A stretch of 64,000 bases of DNA from an uncultured virus (IMG/VR IMGVR_UViG_3300028393_000055) (Duplodnaviria; Heunggongvirae; Uroviricota; Caudoviricetes): the IMG/VR virus record IMGVR_UViG_3300028393_000055, one strand, 5' to 3'. Position 1 is the stretch's first letter, and every line of letters starts with the position of its first letter. Shown here in pieces: positions 19,957 through 30,400 of the stretch. Both the position numbers and the translations under genes were made by a program. The notes beneath the pieces were generated by a model, which saw nothing but the letters and a program-made list of their open reading frames with translations, did no database searches and had not been told where the DNA came from.

Positions 19957-21159
19957 ATGAATCATCTGCATTGTGGGTTTTATGTATACGACGACAAACG
20001 ATTTTTTACTCGCGAAGACGCATTTGATTATGCGCTAATTCGTCAAGATTATGATGTAAAACTTAAATACTATTACAATAATGATGTGTTTGAAAAATGC
20101 GATTGGATGGCAGAACCAGATTTCGATATTGGTCTACTATACAAAATCAGAGCCCAACAGATACGAGACAAGTACAAGTATGTGGTTCTTGCTTTCTCTG
20201 GTGGTAGCGATTCAACACAAGTTCTATGGTCATTTCTAAAAAACAATATATTCATTGACGAAATCCAAGTTGCAAATCTTCATAAAATGACAAAAAATCT
20301 TGACCGAGCAGATATGTTGAGAGACAACGAATTTCAAATTTTGCTTGAGTACGAACTTGCTGCTTTACCAATGCTCAAGAAAGTGTTGGAATTAAGTCCA
20401 AAAACAAAAATCACTATCGTTGATGCATCCGATCTTCTGCACGATCAGCTTTCAACAGGCAAATATACAATCATTGGAAATAATGGTAGAATCAAACATC
20501 AATACCCACGAATCTCATCATCTATGGGACCAAACAATCAATGGTGGCAATTATTTTATACAACCAACTATGAAAGATCAAAAGACAAAAACTCTATGTG
20601 CATCGTGCGCGGTATGGAAAAACCTGCTTTGCATATCAAAAACAACTCTTTATTTTTTCATTTTACTGACCAAACAATGGTCACAACAGCATCGCTCAAT
20701 CTACGCGAATTTGCAGCAACTTATACTACAGAAGATTTTTTTTGGTCAAGAGATATGCCTTTGATTCCAATCAAGCAATCCCATATCATTAAAAAGCGAC
20801 TAGAAACCGATAGAAAATACTACGAATTTTTTACACAAAGTAGAGAAGAGCTTAAAAATCATAACTCGGTAAAACCTATTCATTCCTCAGCTATTATGCT
20901 GGAAAGAAGTTTTAGTTCGATGATATATCCAGATTGGAATCCACAAACGTATGCTGGACCTAAACCAACGATAAAAAACCCAGAATTTAAACTGTATGAG
21001 ACTGTAGTTGGAACTCATACGACTGAAGGGTTTTTGAAAGAGTATCGCGAATCAAAAGAAAAACGATTTGAAAAGATAAATAAAAAATATCAATTCTACT
21101 CAATGTTAAGATCACAACCTTACCTTATCGGAAAATTGGAGTTAAATCATGCTTCGTAA
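19957..21159 (+). CDS. PP-loop (adenine nucleotide alpha-hydrolase-like) ATP pyrophosphatase
   Basis: LAFSGGSDS motif; RAQQIRDKY, IDEI, GMEKP shared with 23294..24352. Confidence 0.75.
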   Translation: MNHLHCGFYVYDDKRFFTREDAFDYALIRQDYDVKLKYYYNNDVFEKCDWMAEPDFDIGLLYKIRAQQIRDKYKYVVLAFSGGSDSTQVLWSFLKNNIFIDEIQVANLHKMTKNLDRADMLRDNEFQILLEYELAALPMLKKVLELSPKTKITIVDASDLLHDQLSTGKYTIIGNNGRIKHQYPRISSSMGPNNQWWQLFYTTNYERSKDKNSMCIVRGMEKPALHIKNNSLFFHFTDQTMVTTASLNLREFAATYTTEDFFWSRDMPLIPIKQSHIIKKRLETDRKYYEFFTQSREELKNHNSVKPIHSSAIMLERSFSSMIYPDWNPQTYAGPKPTIKNPEFKLYETVVGTHTTEGFLKEYRESKEKRFEKINKKYQFYSMLRSQPYLIGKLELNHAS

Positions 21160-22075
21160 ACTACTACTGATTTGTTTTTCTCTTGCAACATTTGGTGTAT
21201 GTGCTGAAGAACGCATAAACGTGTATACCAGATTTCCTGCTAACGACCCAACAGCTTTTGTTACAGCGACACTCATTACCGAGTTGAACAAAAAGCTTGA
21301 TGAAAAATATGATTTTAGATTAGGCACTATTCCTGGTTCTGGAGGAGAAGCTGCTGACGGTAAAGCATTAGCCGAAGCCAAATTAGGTACAAACACTATT
21401 GTATCTGGTACAATTTCCAATTTCACACTCAATCCAATCATATACAATTCGACAATTGATCGCGATGCCGATTTTATTCCGATTGAACTTATCGCTTTGG
21501 TGCCAAACGCTATAATGGTTTCTCCTGATTTGAAGATAGATTCGTTAGACCAATTTGTTAAATATATGAAGGAAAAGAAGGAGGTGTTTAATGGAGCCAC
21601 AGTGCAAGCTATTTCACCAAAACTTCTTGATGCAATCTTTCGCAAGCAGTATGATATCAATAATGTCAAAATGATTCAGTACAAAACACCAGGAGAAATT
21701 ACCAAAAGTATTCTTATGGGTGAAGTAGATTACTCAGTTCAAAATCCTATCGACACACCTGGTCTAAAATTGTTGGCTATCTCATTGCCCAATAGGAATT
21801 CTCAATATCCAAATGTGCCGACTGGACTTGAATTGGGCATTAAAGACTTCAATTACGCATCTTCACTACTTCTCTATGCACCTAAAGTAAATGCTAAGTT
21901 CATTGACGAGATTAAAAAATCAGTACACGAAGCTTGCGCGTCAGATGCCGTACGCGACGTTATTGCCAAATTGAAATTGGTATTCGAGTGTAATAACAAC
22001 GAACAGTTTCTTCGAACCGAAATTGCAAGACAAAAGCAATTGGTCAAGAAATATGAAGACTCAATCAAACAATGA
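21149..22075 (+). CDS. Divergent TctC/Bug-family periplasmic binding protein
   Basis: Signal peptide; IPGSGG, DFIPI, ILMGEVD, YPNVPTGLELG, LYAPK. Confidence 0.75.
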   Translation: MLRKLLLICFSLATFGVCAEERINVYTRFPANDPTAFVTATLITELNKKLDEKYDFRLGTIPGSGGEAADGKALAEAKLGTNTIVSGTISNFTLNPIIYNSTIDRDADFIPIELIALVPNAIMVSPDLKIDSLDQFVKYMKEKKEVFNGATVQAISPKLLDAIFRKQYDINNVKMIQYKTPGEITKSILMGEVDYSVQNPIDTPGLKLLAISLPNRNSQYPNVPTGLELGIKDFNYASSLLLYAPKVNAKFIDEIKKSVHEACASDAVRDVIAKLKLVFECNNNEQFLRTEIARQKQLVKKYEDSIKQ

Positions 22076-22861
22076 TAAAAATTGCTCTTTGGTGCCAAAA
22101 TTGTGATTAGGGTCTGGCGTGTGTAGTCGATGCTGTCTAATACGGACAAATGCTAGATCATATGCCGACCCATAATCATATGAAAATTTTGGACGCCACG
22201 GGATATTGTATACTCTCGATTTGAAATCTTGAACGGTCTCATCTATCATTTCTTTTACCATAGCACAACATAGCTCTGGTGTATATGTGAAGAAATAGTG
22301 TGTGTTATCGTTATGAATTAAAACGTCATTATAGAAGTCCCATTCATTAGCCCCAACATACATTTTATCATCGTTGTCGTCAATGATATGTTCGCTCATA
22401 ATCATAATGCCACCATGATCTTCTGCATATCGCCCTACAATGAGCCCTGGTACAGAGTTGTGTCCATACCCACTTAGTTTTTTAAAAATATCATCAACGA
22501 ATATCGTAAGCAATTCGGTAGGCGTTTTGTCAATTACAATAGGTTCAATACCATATTGTTTGCATACACGAAAAGCATAAGCAGATTCATATTTGTTGAT
22601 TGGTGTATTGACAATTACAGGTATCACGTTGTGCCCACGGTCAATCATACGTCTGAACACGAACTCGGAATCCATACCACCGCTGAATCCGATAAACACC
22701 TTCGATGATTTAGTGGCTATTATGTCAGCCGTATAATTGGCTGCATCGTCAAAACTCATTACCTTATATGGTTTAGTGTCTAAGTGTACCACAAAATCGG
22801 TTGAGTTATTGAGCAATCTTTCTGATAGATTACTTCGAAGCCAATTGTTTTCCGTTGCCAT
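22061..22861 (-). CDS. PP-loop ATP pyrophosphatase-like protein
   Basis: IGFSGGMDSE motif followed by a Rossmann-like pattern. Confidence 0.7.
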   Translation of the reverse strand: MATENNWLRSNLSERLLNNSTDFVVHLDTKPYKVMSFDDAANYTADIIATKSSKVFIGFSGGMDSEFVFRRMIDRGHNVIPVIVNTPINKYESAYAFRVCKQYGIEPIVIDKTPTELLTIFVDDIFKKLSGYGHNSVPGLIVGRYAEDHGGIMIMSEHIIDDNDDKMYVGANEWDFYNDVLIHNDNTHYFFTYTPELCCAMVKEMIDETVQDFKSRVYNIPWRPKFSYDYGSAYDLAFVRIRQHRLHTPDPNHNFGTKEQFLSLFD

Positions 22862-23297
22862 CTAAGCCTTTCCATGTACCAAAAACTAAGTCCCAAATAG
22901 GCACGAATACACCATAATTCTTTGTCGCATATTCGTGATGAATTAGATGCCATCTACCACTTGTTAGAAATGGGTAGAGATTGATGCGTTTATTATGCTC
23001 GACAGCTTCTTGGATAAAACCAGCCCAGATGTAGTACGCAATGAGCAACCACCAATGCCCAGTGATTAAAGATATTATAATCGTTGGAATCACTTCTGTC
23101 AACCACTGATCTATGGTGCTATTCCAGGTATCAAAAAAGAGAAACGCATTCTTCCAGTTTAACCCTTGAATTGTCTGGTCGGTTACCTGCGCGTGATGAT
23201 CCATATGGAATTTACGCACAACAGGAATCACATGGGCCGCACGATGCGCCCAATAGACAACGAAAGTCCATAGAAGAAAGACGAGAACGTAGCTCAT
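22830..23297 (-). CDS. Fatty acid hydroxylase / sterol desaturase family membrane enzyme
   Basis: His boxes HRAAH, HMDHH, EH, HLIHH and NYG...WDLVFGT; start moved to 23297 (ATGA overlap). Confidence 0.88.
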   Translation of the reverse strand: MSYVLVFLLWTFVVYWAHRAAHVIPVVRKFHMDHHAQVTDQTIQGLNWKNAFLFFDTWNSTIDQWLTEVIPTIIISLITGHWWLLIAYYIWAGFIQEAVEHNKRINLYPFLTSGRWHLIHHEYATKNYGVFVPIWDLVFGTWKGLDGNGKQLASK

Positions 23298-24352
23298 GTT
23301 AGATAGTATGGTTGTGACCAGAAGCAATACTTTTTGTAAATGTGACTAAACGATGATAGGTTTTTCATGCCTTCTAAGAACATCCGATACATCTCGCTAT
23401 TTTGGCTTTTTAACATGAACATATCTCTGGCACTGAGTGTATTATACATCGACTTGGTTGATTCAAATTTCATCGGTGCTTTTAGATTGTATATAATCTC
23501 GTTTATGCGTTTTGTTTTATTCCAATAAGCAAGTTCTCGATTGAGTAATGGGTGGGCATTCTTTTCTTGCTCTTCGTACATCTTGAAAAAAATGTCGTCC
23601 AATTTCATAACAACATGCCCTTGCTTTACCATAAGCTTGATAACCACATCATCGGTACCATTGTAGAAATTGATTCGTGTGAAATTTTCGTCTTGGTAAT
23701 TTGCACCATAATCATTTACCGACAAATCATTAAAGCGTATAGCTTTTTCCTCAAATTCATAACCTGGTTTATCAGAACCCATGATATAGCATGTGTTCTT
23801 GTTATTGTTTTTACCAACAAATTTTTTGAGGTCGTACCAAAATAGATTGTGAACGCTTTTAAATCCACCGATATGATTTGTCCACTCATTACCATACTTT
23901 TTGATAAGTGTGAAATTATTTGGATCATTAAAATGGTCAGTGTAATCTGCTACAGTGATTTTGGTATTAGGCAAATTCATGCTTCTGAGGGTTGGAAAAG
24001 CATTGTGGTATATATCACCGTTATGATTTTCATCGGTGCCATACCTAGAATCTTGCGAGAATGCTCCAACAAGCAATATCTCATCTATGTGAATATTGTT
24101 ATAGTAGAACGATTCCAAAATGTTTGTCGAATCGTACCCACCAGAATAGCAAAGAATCACATACTCATATTGGTCACGAATTTGTTGTGCGCGTTCGCGA
24201 TATATCTGTTCAAGCGTTTCAGTAGGTTCTGTTTTCCAATCGACCTTACTGAAAACATCGTCGTGGTAATAGAAATGACAAAATTTGGCTGACTTGATTG
24301 CGTCAGTTTGTGTACGATAGACGTTCTTTTTATCGTCATAATAAAACATCAT
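23294..24352 (-). CDS. PP-loop ATP pyrophosphatase-like protein (paralogue of 19957..21159)
   Basis: LCYSGGYDS, RAQQIRDQY, IDEI, GSDKP. Confidence 0.75.
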   Translation of the reverse strand: MMFYYDDKKNVYRTQTDAIKSAKFCHFYYHDDVFSKVDWKTEPTETLEQIYRERAQQIRDQYEYVILCYSGGYDSTNILESFYYNNIHIDEILLVGAFSQDSRYGTDENHNGDIYHNAFPTLRSMNLPNTKITVADYTDHFNDPNNFTLIKKYGNEWTNHIGGFKSVHNLFWYDLKKFVGKNNNKNTCYIMGSDKPGYEFEEKAIRFNDLSVNDYGANYQDENFTRINFYNGTDDVVIKLMVKQGHVVMKLDDIFFKMYEEQEKNAHPLLNRELAYWNKTKRINEIIYNLKAPMKFESTKSMYNTLSARDMFMLKSQNSEMYRMFLEGMKNLSSFSHIYKKYCFWSQPYYLT

Positions 24353-24367
24353 CAGACGTACACACCT

Positions 24368-24805
24368 TTACTTTGAGTTAGATGATTTGTTGGTAAAGTT
24401 GTCCTTCGATAGAGACTCGATAAGGTTCTTGATATCATCATCCGATAGTACGTCAGCCTTCTTAGCAAGAAGTTCTGTAGTACTTTTAGTTACTGGCTTA
24501 TTAATCATATCAATAATACCGCTCATTGATGTATCAATATCAGGATTCAATACGTCTTCCATCTTACGAAGAAATGAGATAGGAGAATTATATAGAATTA
24601 AACTCTCTAGCTCTTTACCTTCTAATGCAGGAATAGGCATATCAATCGCAACGTCTGTACGGCAGCGCATAGGCGAACCATCTTCACGACGATTGTAATC
24701 GTTTGCTGAAATCAACATTTCTTCGTTCAGATTGTCAGTGTAATACCTAACGACGAACAAATGGTCATTAGGCCATACTTCAATGATTTTGTAATGAATG
24801 TTCAT
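24368..24805 (-). CDS. Hypothetical protein coupled to adhesin gene
   Basis: ATGA overlap with 24802..26088; no recognised motif. Confidence 0.65.
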   Translation of the reverse strand: MNIHYKIIEVWPNDHLFVVRYYTDNLNEEMLISANDYNRREDGSPMRCRTDVAIDMPIPALEGKELESLILYNSPISFLRKMEDVLNPDIDTSMSGIIDMINKPVTKSTTELLAKKADVLSDDDIKNLIESLSKDNFTNKSSNSK

Positions 24806-26088
24806 CCTACTGGTCCGTTTCTTGTTCCTGTGTTAATCCAACTTGTCACATACGCATTACCAAGTACCGCGCTTCCCTGCGCGCCAGCTGATCCCGCTGC
24901 CCCTGCTGGTCCCGTTGCACCCGTGGGTCCCGTTGCGCCCGTCGCCCCGGTTGGTCCGGTAGCGCCGTTATTGCCTGCTGGGTAACTAGTTCCAGAGCTA
25001 CCTGCACCGCCCGCACCACCACCGCTTCCGGCAGTTGAACCCGCGAAAATCTGGGCGCCGCCGCTATATGCAGCTAGTCCAGCGCTACCTAATCCACCAC
25101 CAGTACCCCATGCACCACCATCACCGCCAAGTCCACCAGCATTTGCTGTTCCAGCAGCTCCGGCTGGAAAAGTGATATGACCAGGATAAACTCCAGCTGC
25201 ACCACCATTTCCACCAGTCGATCCTGCACCACCTCCACCACCAGCACCTGTATATGGTGGATCTGCTTTTCCTCCAGCTCGTGATCGACCGCCACCACCA
25301 CCGCCACCGCCGCCAGTTCCACCAGTTCCACCGCTTGCTGCTGGTCCCCCCGCACCTCCTGGTCCACCGACCCCGCCTGATCCACCAACGCCGCCGGGTC
25401 CTCCTGGACCTCCCGGTCCTGCTGGTCCTAATGTACCGCCGGTGCCACCAGTAAATGTGGTTGTATTTTCGATAACACTTATTAGTCCTGCGACCGAATC
25501 AATTTGAAATGCAATACCGCCTGTGCCGCCGTTATTGCCGGCACCACCAGGCCCTCCCGCATTACCTGTTCCGCCCGCATTACCAGTAACACCTGTGCCG
25601 CCCGCTGCGCCATTATTAGGTACACCAGCTGCGTTACCAGTAGCCCCAGGAGATCCACCACCACCATTAGCTCCTGCGTTAATCCCGCTATATGGTGCAC
25701 CCTGTCCGCCATTACCACCAACGCCGTTCGATCCAGCATTTCCTGCTGCACCAGCGTTTCCTGCTGCGCCCGGATTTCCTGCTGCGCCCGTAGTTCCTGA
25801 TGTTCCTATATTACCCGAAGTACCTGTACTTCCCGGTGTACCCGCAGTACCTGTACCACCTGTGATAGTAGCAGCATTTTTAACATAAAGAAATGTACCA
25901 GCTTTCCAACCTGTTCCTGTTTTGAATGCAGGAGTCGAAGGAGAAGTCGATCCAATGTTACTATTGATAAAGCATAGCAAGTTCAGCGGGTACGCAGGCG
26001 CACTCGATGAATTATATAGATCCACGTTGTTCGTAGAGCTATTGAAATTAACAACCTTAGTTGGTCTTGCCATTAGAAATGTGAACAT
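24802..26088 (-). CDS. Gly-rich receptor-recognition adhesin (T-even gp38-like polyglycine sandwich)
   Basis: Long G-x-x tracts; C-terminus GAQGSAVLGNAYVTSWINTGTRNGPVG and internal N..TITGG / GG.A segments recall gp38; directly downstream of a fibre gene. Confidence 0.6.
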   Translation of the reverse strand: MFTFLMARPTKVVNFNSSTNNVDLYNSSSAPAYPLNLLCFINSNIGSTSPSTPAFKTGTGWKAGTFLYVKNAATITGGTGTAGTPGSTGTSGNIGTSGTTGAAGNPGAAGNAGAAGNAGSNGVGGNGGQGAPYSGINAGANGGGGSPGATGNAAGVPNNGAAGGTGVTGNAGGTGNAGGPGGAGNNGGTGGIAFQIDSVAGLISVIENTTTFTGGTGGTLGPAGPGGPGGPGGVGGSGGVGGPGGAGGPAASGGTGGTGGGGGGGGGRSRAGGKADPPYTGAGGGGGAGSTGGNGGAAGVYPGHITFPAGAAGTANAGGLGGDGGAWGTGGGLGSAGLAAYSGGAQIFAGSTAGSGGGAGGAGSSGTSYPAGNNGATGPTGATGATGPTGATGPAGAAGSAGAQGSAVLGNAYVTSWINTGTRNGPVG

Positions 26089-26090
26089 GT

Positions 26091-27212
26091 TTATCTTACA
26101 TCCGGCATGAATGAACCATAGAGATTTGTACCATCAGAAACGAACGAAAAAACATCATGTGAATTGATTGCTGAAGTCAATGGAGGAGCAGTAGCAGCAG
26201 TCCACTTGAATACGGCATTCCATGTTATTGTGCGTGAACCCGTACCGTCTTGATACACATGGAGAATATATGTACCTACTTTTAGATTTGTTGGTGCAGC
26301 CATTGTGCGGTTACCACCAAGAGTAACAGTTGCAATTTGCCCAAGTGCTACGTTCCAGTTAACTGTAGCACCATCAGCAAGTGTTTGTTGAAGAATGTTT
26401 GCGCCGGCTACGTTTATTGTACCGCCTAGTGTGGTGTTACCAGAAACTGTGAGGTTCTGAGTAACTGTAGCAGATTTAGCAGCAGTTACAAGACCACTAC
26501 CTGCAATTGTTAATGAAGCTGAACCAGCAGCCGTATGAAAAGTGAGAGCATCTGTAGAGTGTTGATAAAAAATACGACCTCTATAATCTACTCCATCTCC
26601 CTTATTAAAATCAATATAACCACCAGTTGTTCCAGACATTTCTACAACAGCATAGCCTGTAGAGGCTCCCATATGAATGCCATCACCGCCTGTTGGCGCG
26701 CCTTGAATGTATCCTTTGACAGATAGAGCAGATTGTGGTACTATTCCAATACCAGTATTACCACCAACAAACAGATTGGTCGAAACTGTCGCACGACCCG
26801 CAACACCGAACCAACCTGTGGCATTAGTTGTGTGTCCAGCGCCACCAATTGTTAGAGTAGATGCAGCACCACCCATTGTTATGGTTTTGCTTGCGCCACC
26901 GAAAGTTGTATTACCAGAAACAGTTAGGTTTGTTCCTACAGTAGCACGCCCACTCATTGTAGTCAAACCGGTTATTGTAGTATTACCAGAGACGGTAAGA
27001 TTGGTGCCTATAGTAGCTCTACCTGATGCAGTAAATAAACCCGTGACAGTAGCAGTTCCTTTTGCGGTAAAAGCTACGTTGGATGTCAGAGTGTTAGCAT
27101 ACAGAGATGAGTTATTGATAGCAAACTGGCTTACACGATCCAAAACAGTGTTGGTTCGTGTTCTCCACGTGTTAAATGTATCCGTAAGGGCGACGTTAGC
27201 TATCTTAGCCAT
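26091..27212 (-). CDS. Tail fibre protein
   Basis: VALTDTFNTWRTRTN N-terminus, GRATxGTNLTVSGNT repeats, QDGTGSRTITW C-terminal domain. Confidence 0.75.
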   Translation of the reverse strand: MAKIANVALTDTFNTWRTRTNTVLDRVSQFAINNSSLYANTLTSNVAFTAKGTATVTGLFTASGRATIGTNLTVSGNTTITGLTTMSGRATVGTNLTVSGNTTFGGASKTITMGGAASTLTIGGAGHTTNATGWFGVAGRATVSTNLFVGGNTGIGIVPQSALSVKGYIQGAPTGGDGIHMGASTGYAVVEMSGTTGGYIDFNKGDGVDYRGRIFYQHSTDALTFHTAAGSASLTIAGSGLVTAAKSATVTQNLTVSGNTTLGGTINVAGANILQQTLADGATVNWNVALGQIATVTLGGNRTMAAPTNLKVGTYILHVYQDGTGSRTITWNAVFKWTAATAPPLTSAINSHDVFSFVSDGTNLYGSFMPDVR

Positions 27213-27215
27213 CTA

Positions 27216-27431
27216 TTATCCTATCTTGTCTAAAAGTCGCTGCATCAGCGATTTTATTTGATCTATATCAGACTTCATATTATTTATATCCAAGATGACC
27301 TCGTCTATCTCCTGTTGCTTATTTCTCTTGCGCTTATAAGCTTCCAGGGCAGAAATGTCTGTGTTGAGTACCGCCTGGTTTGACATATCTCGTACCAAAC
27401 CAGGCGCGTCTTTAACCTTCGCTATTATCAT
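27216..27431 (-). CDS. Small coiled-coil protein downstream of VrlC-like gene
   Basis: KVKDAPGLVRD...AVLNTD...KSDIDQIKSLM; position typical of T4-like cyanophages. Confidence 0.7.
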   Translation of the reverse strand: MIIAKVKDAPGLVRDMSNQAVLNTDISALEAYKRKRNKQQEIDEVILDINNMKSDIDQIKSLMQRLLDKIG

Positions 27432-27433
27432 TT

Positions 27434-30400
27434 TTACCTCTGTAGCGCAATCGCACGAAGTTCGCGAACACGTGGTGGATTTGAACTAGATCCAACCAAT
27501 ACCACCTTAATCGCAAAATACTTGAATCGTTGGAAACGAACTTTTCCAGAGTTGCGATATTCAACGATGCCTGTTGCCGTATTTGCTCCGTATTGATTTA
27601 TTGCACGTCCACTGGTATCAGCAATTGCAGTTGTTGGGAAATCTGGAATATTATATACAAACTCAATAAAGTCATCTCTATTGACACTGCTTGAATATGC
27701 AGTTGTCAAAGTAAATCCTTGCGAGTCGTCACGTTCCATTGGAACCCAACGTGTGTCTGAGAACAGATCGTTATCATCGCCACTCAAAATCTTAGCATAG
27801 ACAAAAATCTGAGCGCCTGATGGTTGATAGCCAGAAAGATAAACACGAAGGTCTTCCGCATCTTGTCCGTCAGCTAGTGACACGCGACGAGTAATATAAC
27901 GAGTCTTTGAATTGCCACCAGATTTTACCCAATCTTCAGATGATCCAATTTCAGCATTTGAGCTAATCAGATTGTTTGTAGTAACAACCGAAATACGGCT
28001 CAAGTCGATTGCCGGAGAGGCTACAGTGTTTATCGAAGTCAATCTATAAAGAACTTCAGCAGATTTATTGAGTGCCATAGATGCAGATGATGACGAAGTG
28101 TTTGATTCATTGCTACGACTCAAAATATATCTAGGGGCATCAAAAGCTGTATCGTCATTCAACAACGCACGAACATATGCAGTATCTCTTGCGCTCGTGC
28201 TTGTAGCAAATTTTGTATATGGTGTTATGGTAGTATTTGAAGGCTGAATCAAATTGGTAATCAAATTGACTTTATCAGCAGTCAAATTATCTATCGAAAC
28301 AATACGCCCACTGTAACCATTTGTTTGACCAACAATCGTCATGTTTCTTGTAAACATACGATTTAGATTGTTTGCTGGTCCACTGTTTGCGTATGATGTA
28401 TTTGCAATATGCAGCTTGGTATTTGCATAGTTTACAACATCATAATAAGTTACGCGCCCAGATGGATATGTTGCAGACTTAAATCTACCGCTCGTATTCG
28501 CACCAATGATAGTTCCAGTTGTCGGTGAAGTTTTACGAATCTTAATCGTTTCACCACCCCTAAACATTCTACCTGTCGGAACACCACGCACACGAATTCC
28601 TGTTGTGCTCCAGTATGTAATTGTACCGTAAGCATTTGAAGTTAGACCATGCGCGAAGTGTGTGCCTGTGTATGATGTATTGCCAACAGTGATGGTAGCT
28701 GTGTTGGTAAATTTACCATCAAGATGAACTTCACCAAATACAGGCTCACCGATTCGGTTGAATGCGCCTGTTGTATTAGCAATGGTTAGGTAATCGCGTG
28801 ACTCATTTTTGAGAATGATATCACCATTTACACCTGTAGGAAATACTGCATGATATGCGACGAACTTCAAATCTTCATTTTCAACTGGTACCCATGTGCT
28901 TTGATTTGCAGAAGTAAACAAGAACCCAGCAGCTGGCTGTTGAGTAATTTTTACACCATAACGCAAGTCTGGTTGCCCAAGAACCGCTGTAAACGCATTG
29001 TAATTTGGATTTGCAGCAGCAGGAATAATGACGATAGCATATTCTTTATCTTCGCCAACATAAACTGGTGACGCGAAATATACAGGTGTTGCTGCTGAAC
29101 CGTCGCTGCTAATATTCACATCGGTTGAAGGAATTACAACGCGAGAGAATGGGACAACGCGAGATGTGATGTAACCAGTTCCTGAGTCAACTTCACGCAG
29201 TTCAAAAGTAAATGGTAGAGTTGCGTCTTTTGTTGCAAAGAACAGGTCGATTTTTGTCAAATACATTCCGCTAGAATGTATTCTATTTGTCAACAATGCT
29301 GAAATAAGCATTGTCTGTGCGATAGGATCGTTTGCTGATCCACAGTTACCATCTGCTACTGGTGCAACATCCCATACGGGTGGCGCTGCAGGACTATCTC
29401 CCCATGGTCCACCATCCCCAGCATCCTGATTAGGCGCTGCAATAACACCAACGATACGTTGACCACCAACCAATGATGTTGAATTGAACTCCGCATTTTT
29501 TGATTCTGTCAAGAATTGCTGAGCAATAATAGCTTTCTTAGTTGACAGTGTTAGATCAGAAATACCTGCCATCAAACCTTCAGCAGAATAATCTGATTCT
29601 GCTGATGTTGTAAATTGACCAAATGTTTTGCTATTTGTTGAATTGTCAACAAAACGCATACGCTTTGTGCCAGTATGGAATCTCAAACGAGAGTCACTAG
29701 GCAAACGGAAAATACCATATGCTGTGCTATCGCTATTTGTAACTAGTGCTGCGCCTTCAGCGTATGTTAGCGGCGCAAATCTAATTCCACCAACTCCAAC
29801 TTTTAGACCGTTACCACCAGATGCATACTCTGCTGCTGTAAGTGGTGTGATATATGCATTAATATCAATACCGTCAAAGAACCCATAAATGCGACTGCTT
29901 GCCTTCATACCATCAAGTTTGAAAAGGATCATACGCGAGCGCATGAATGGTTGAATGTTTACGTCCTTGACAAAATTGCCTACTACCTCAGTAGCTTCTA
30001 CAATCTTCGCTTTTAGATTATTATAAGTGCGCGTCTCAATTGTTGGCGTGGTAAAAATACTTTCTGTAGTGAAATTTTGAACAATGTTTGTTGAGCCGTC
30101 AGCTTGTGGGACGTTTACAGTTCCATTATCAATTTCTCTCTGACTTGATAATACGGGTTGTCCAGTGAATGTAGTTTTCCAAGCATCGTATGATGTTGGC
30201 CATGCGCCAGCAATATATAACCAGTTATCAGTATTCATATCCAAGCTGATATTAACATCTGGTCTTGTTGTTGTATCGCACCAATAATCGCTATCTGGTG
30301 TTAGGGTAAGAGTGCCCATCCAGTTATATGCAGTACCAGTGCAGTTACGAGTTGTGGTAGCCCATGGTTGCTCAACCAAAATTTTATGTGTATATGGTAG

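Noticed and set aside
25089..27261. Several overlapping ORFs (e.g. 25523..25888+, 26707..27261+)
   Set aside because: Shadow frames of Gly/Thr-rich fibre genes; no RBS or independent motifs
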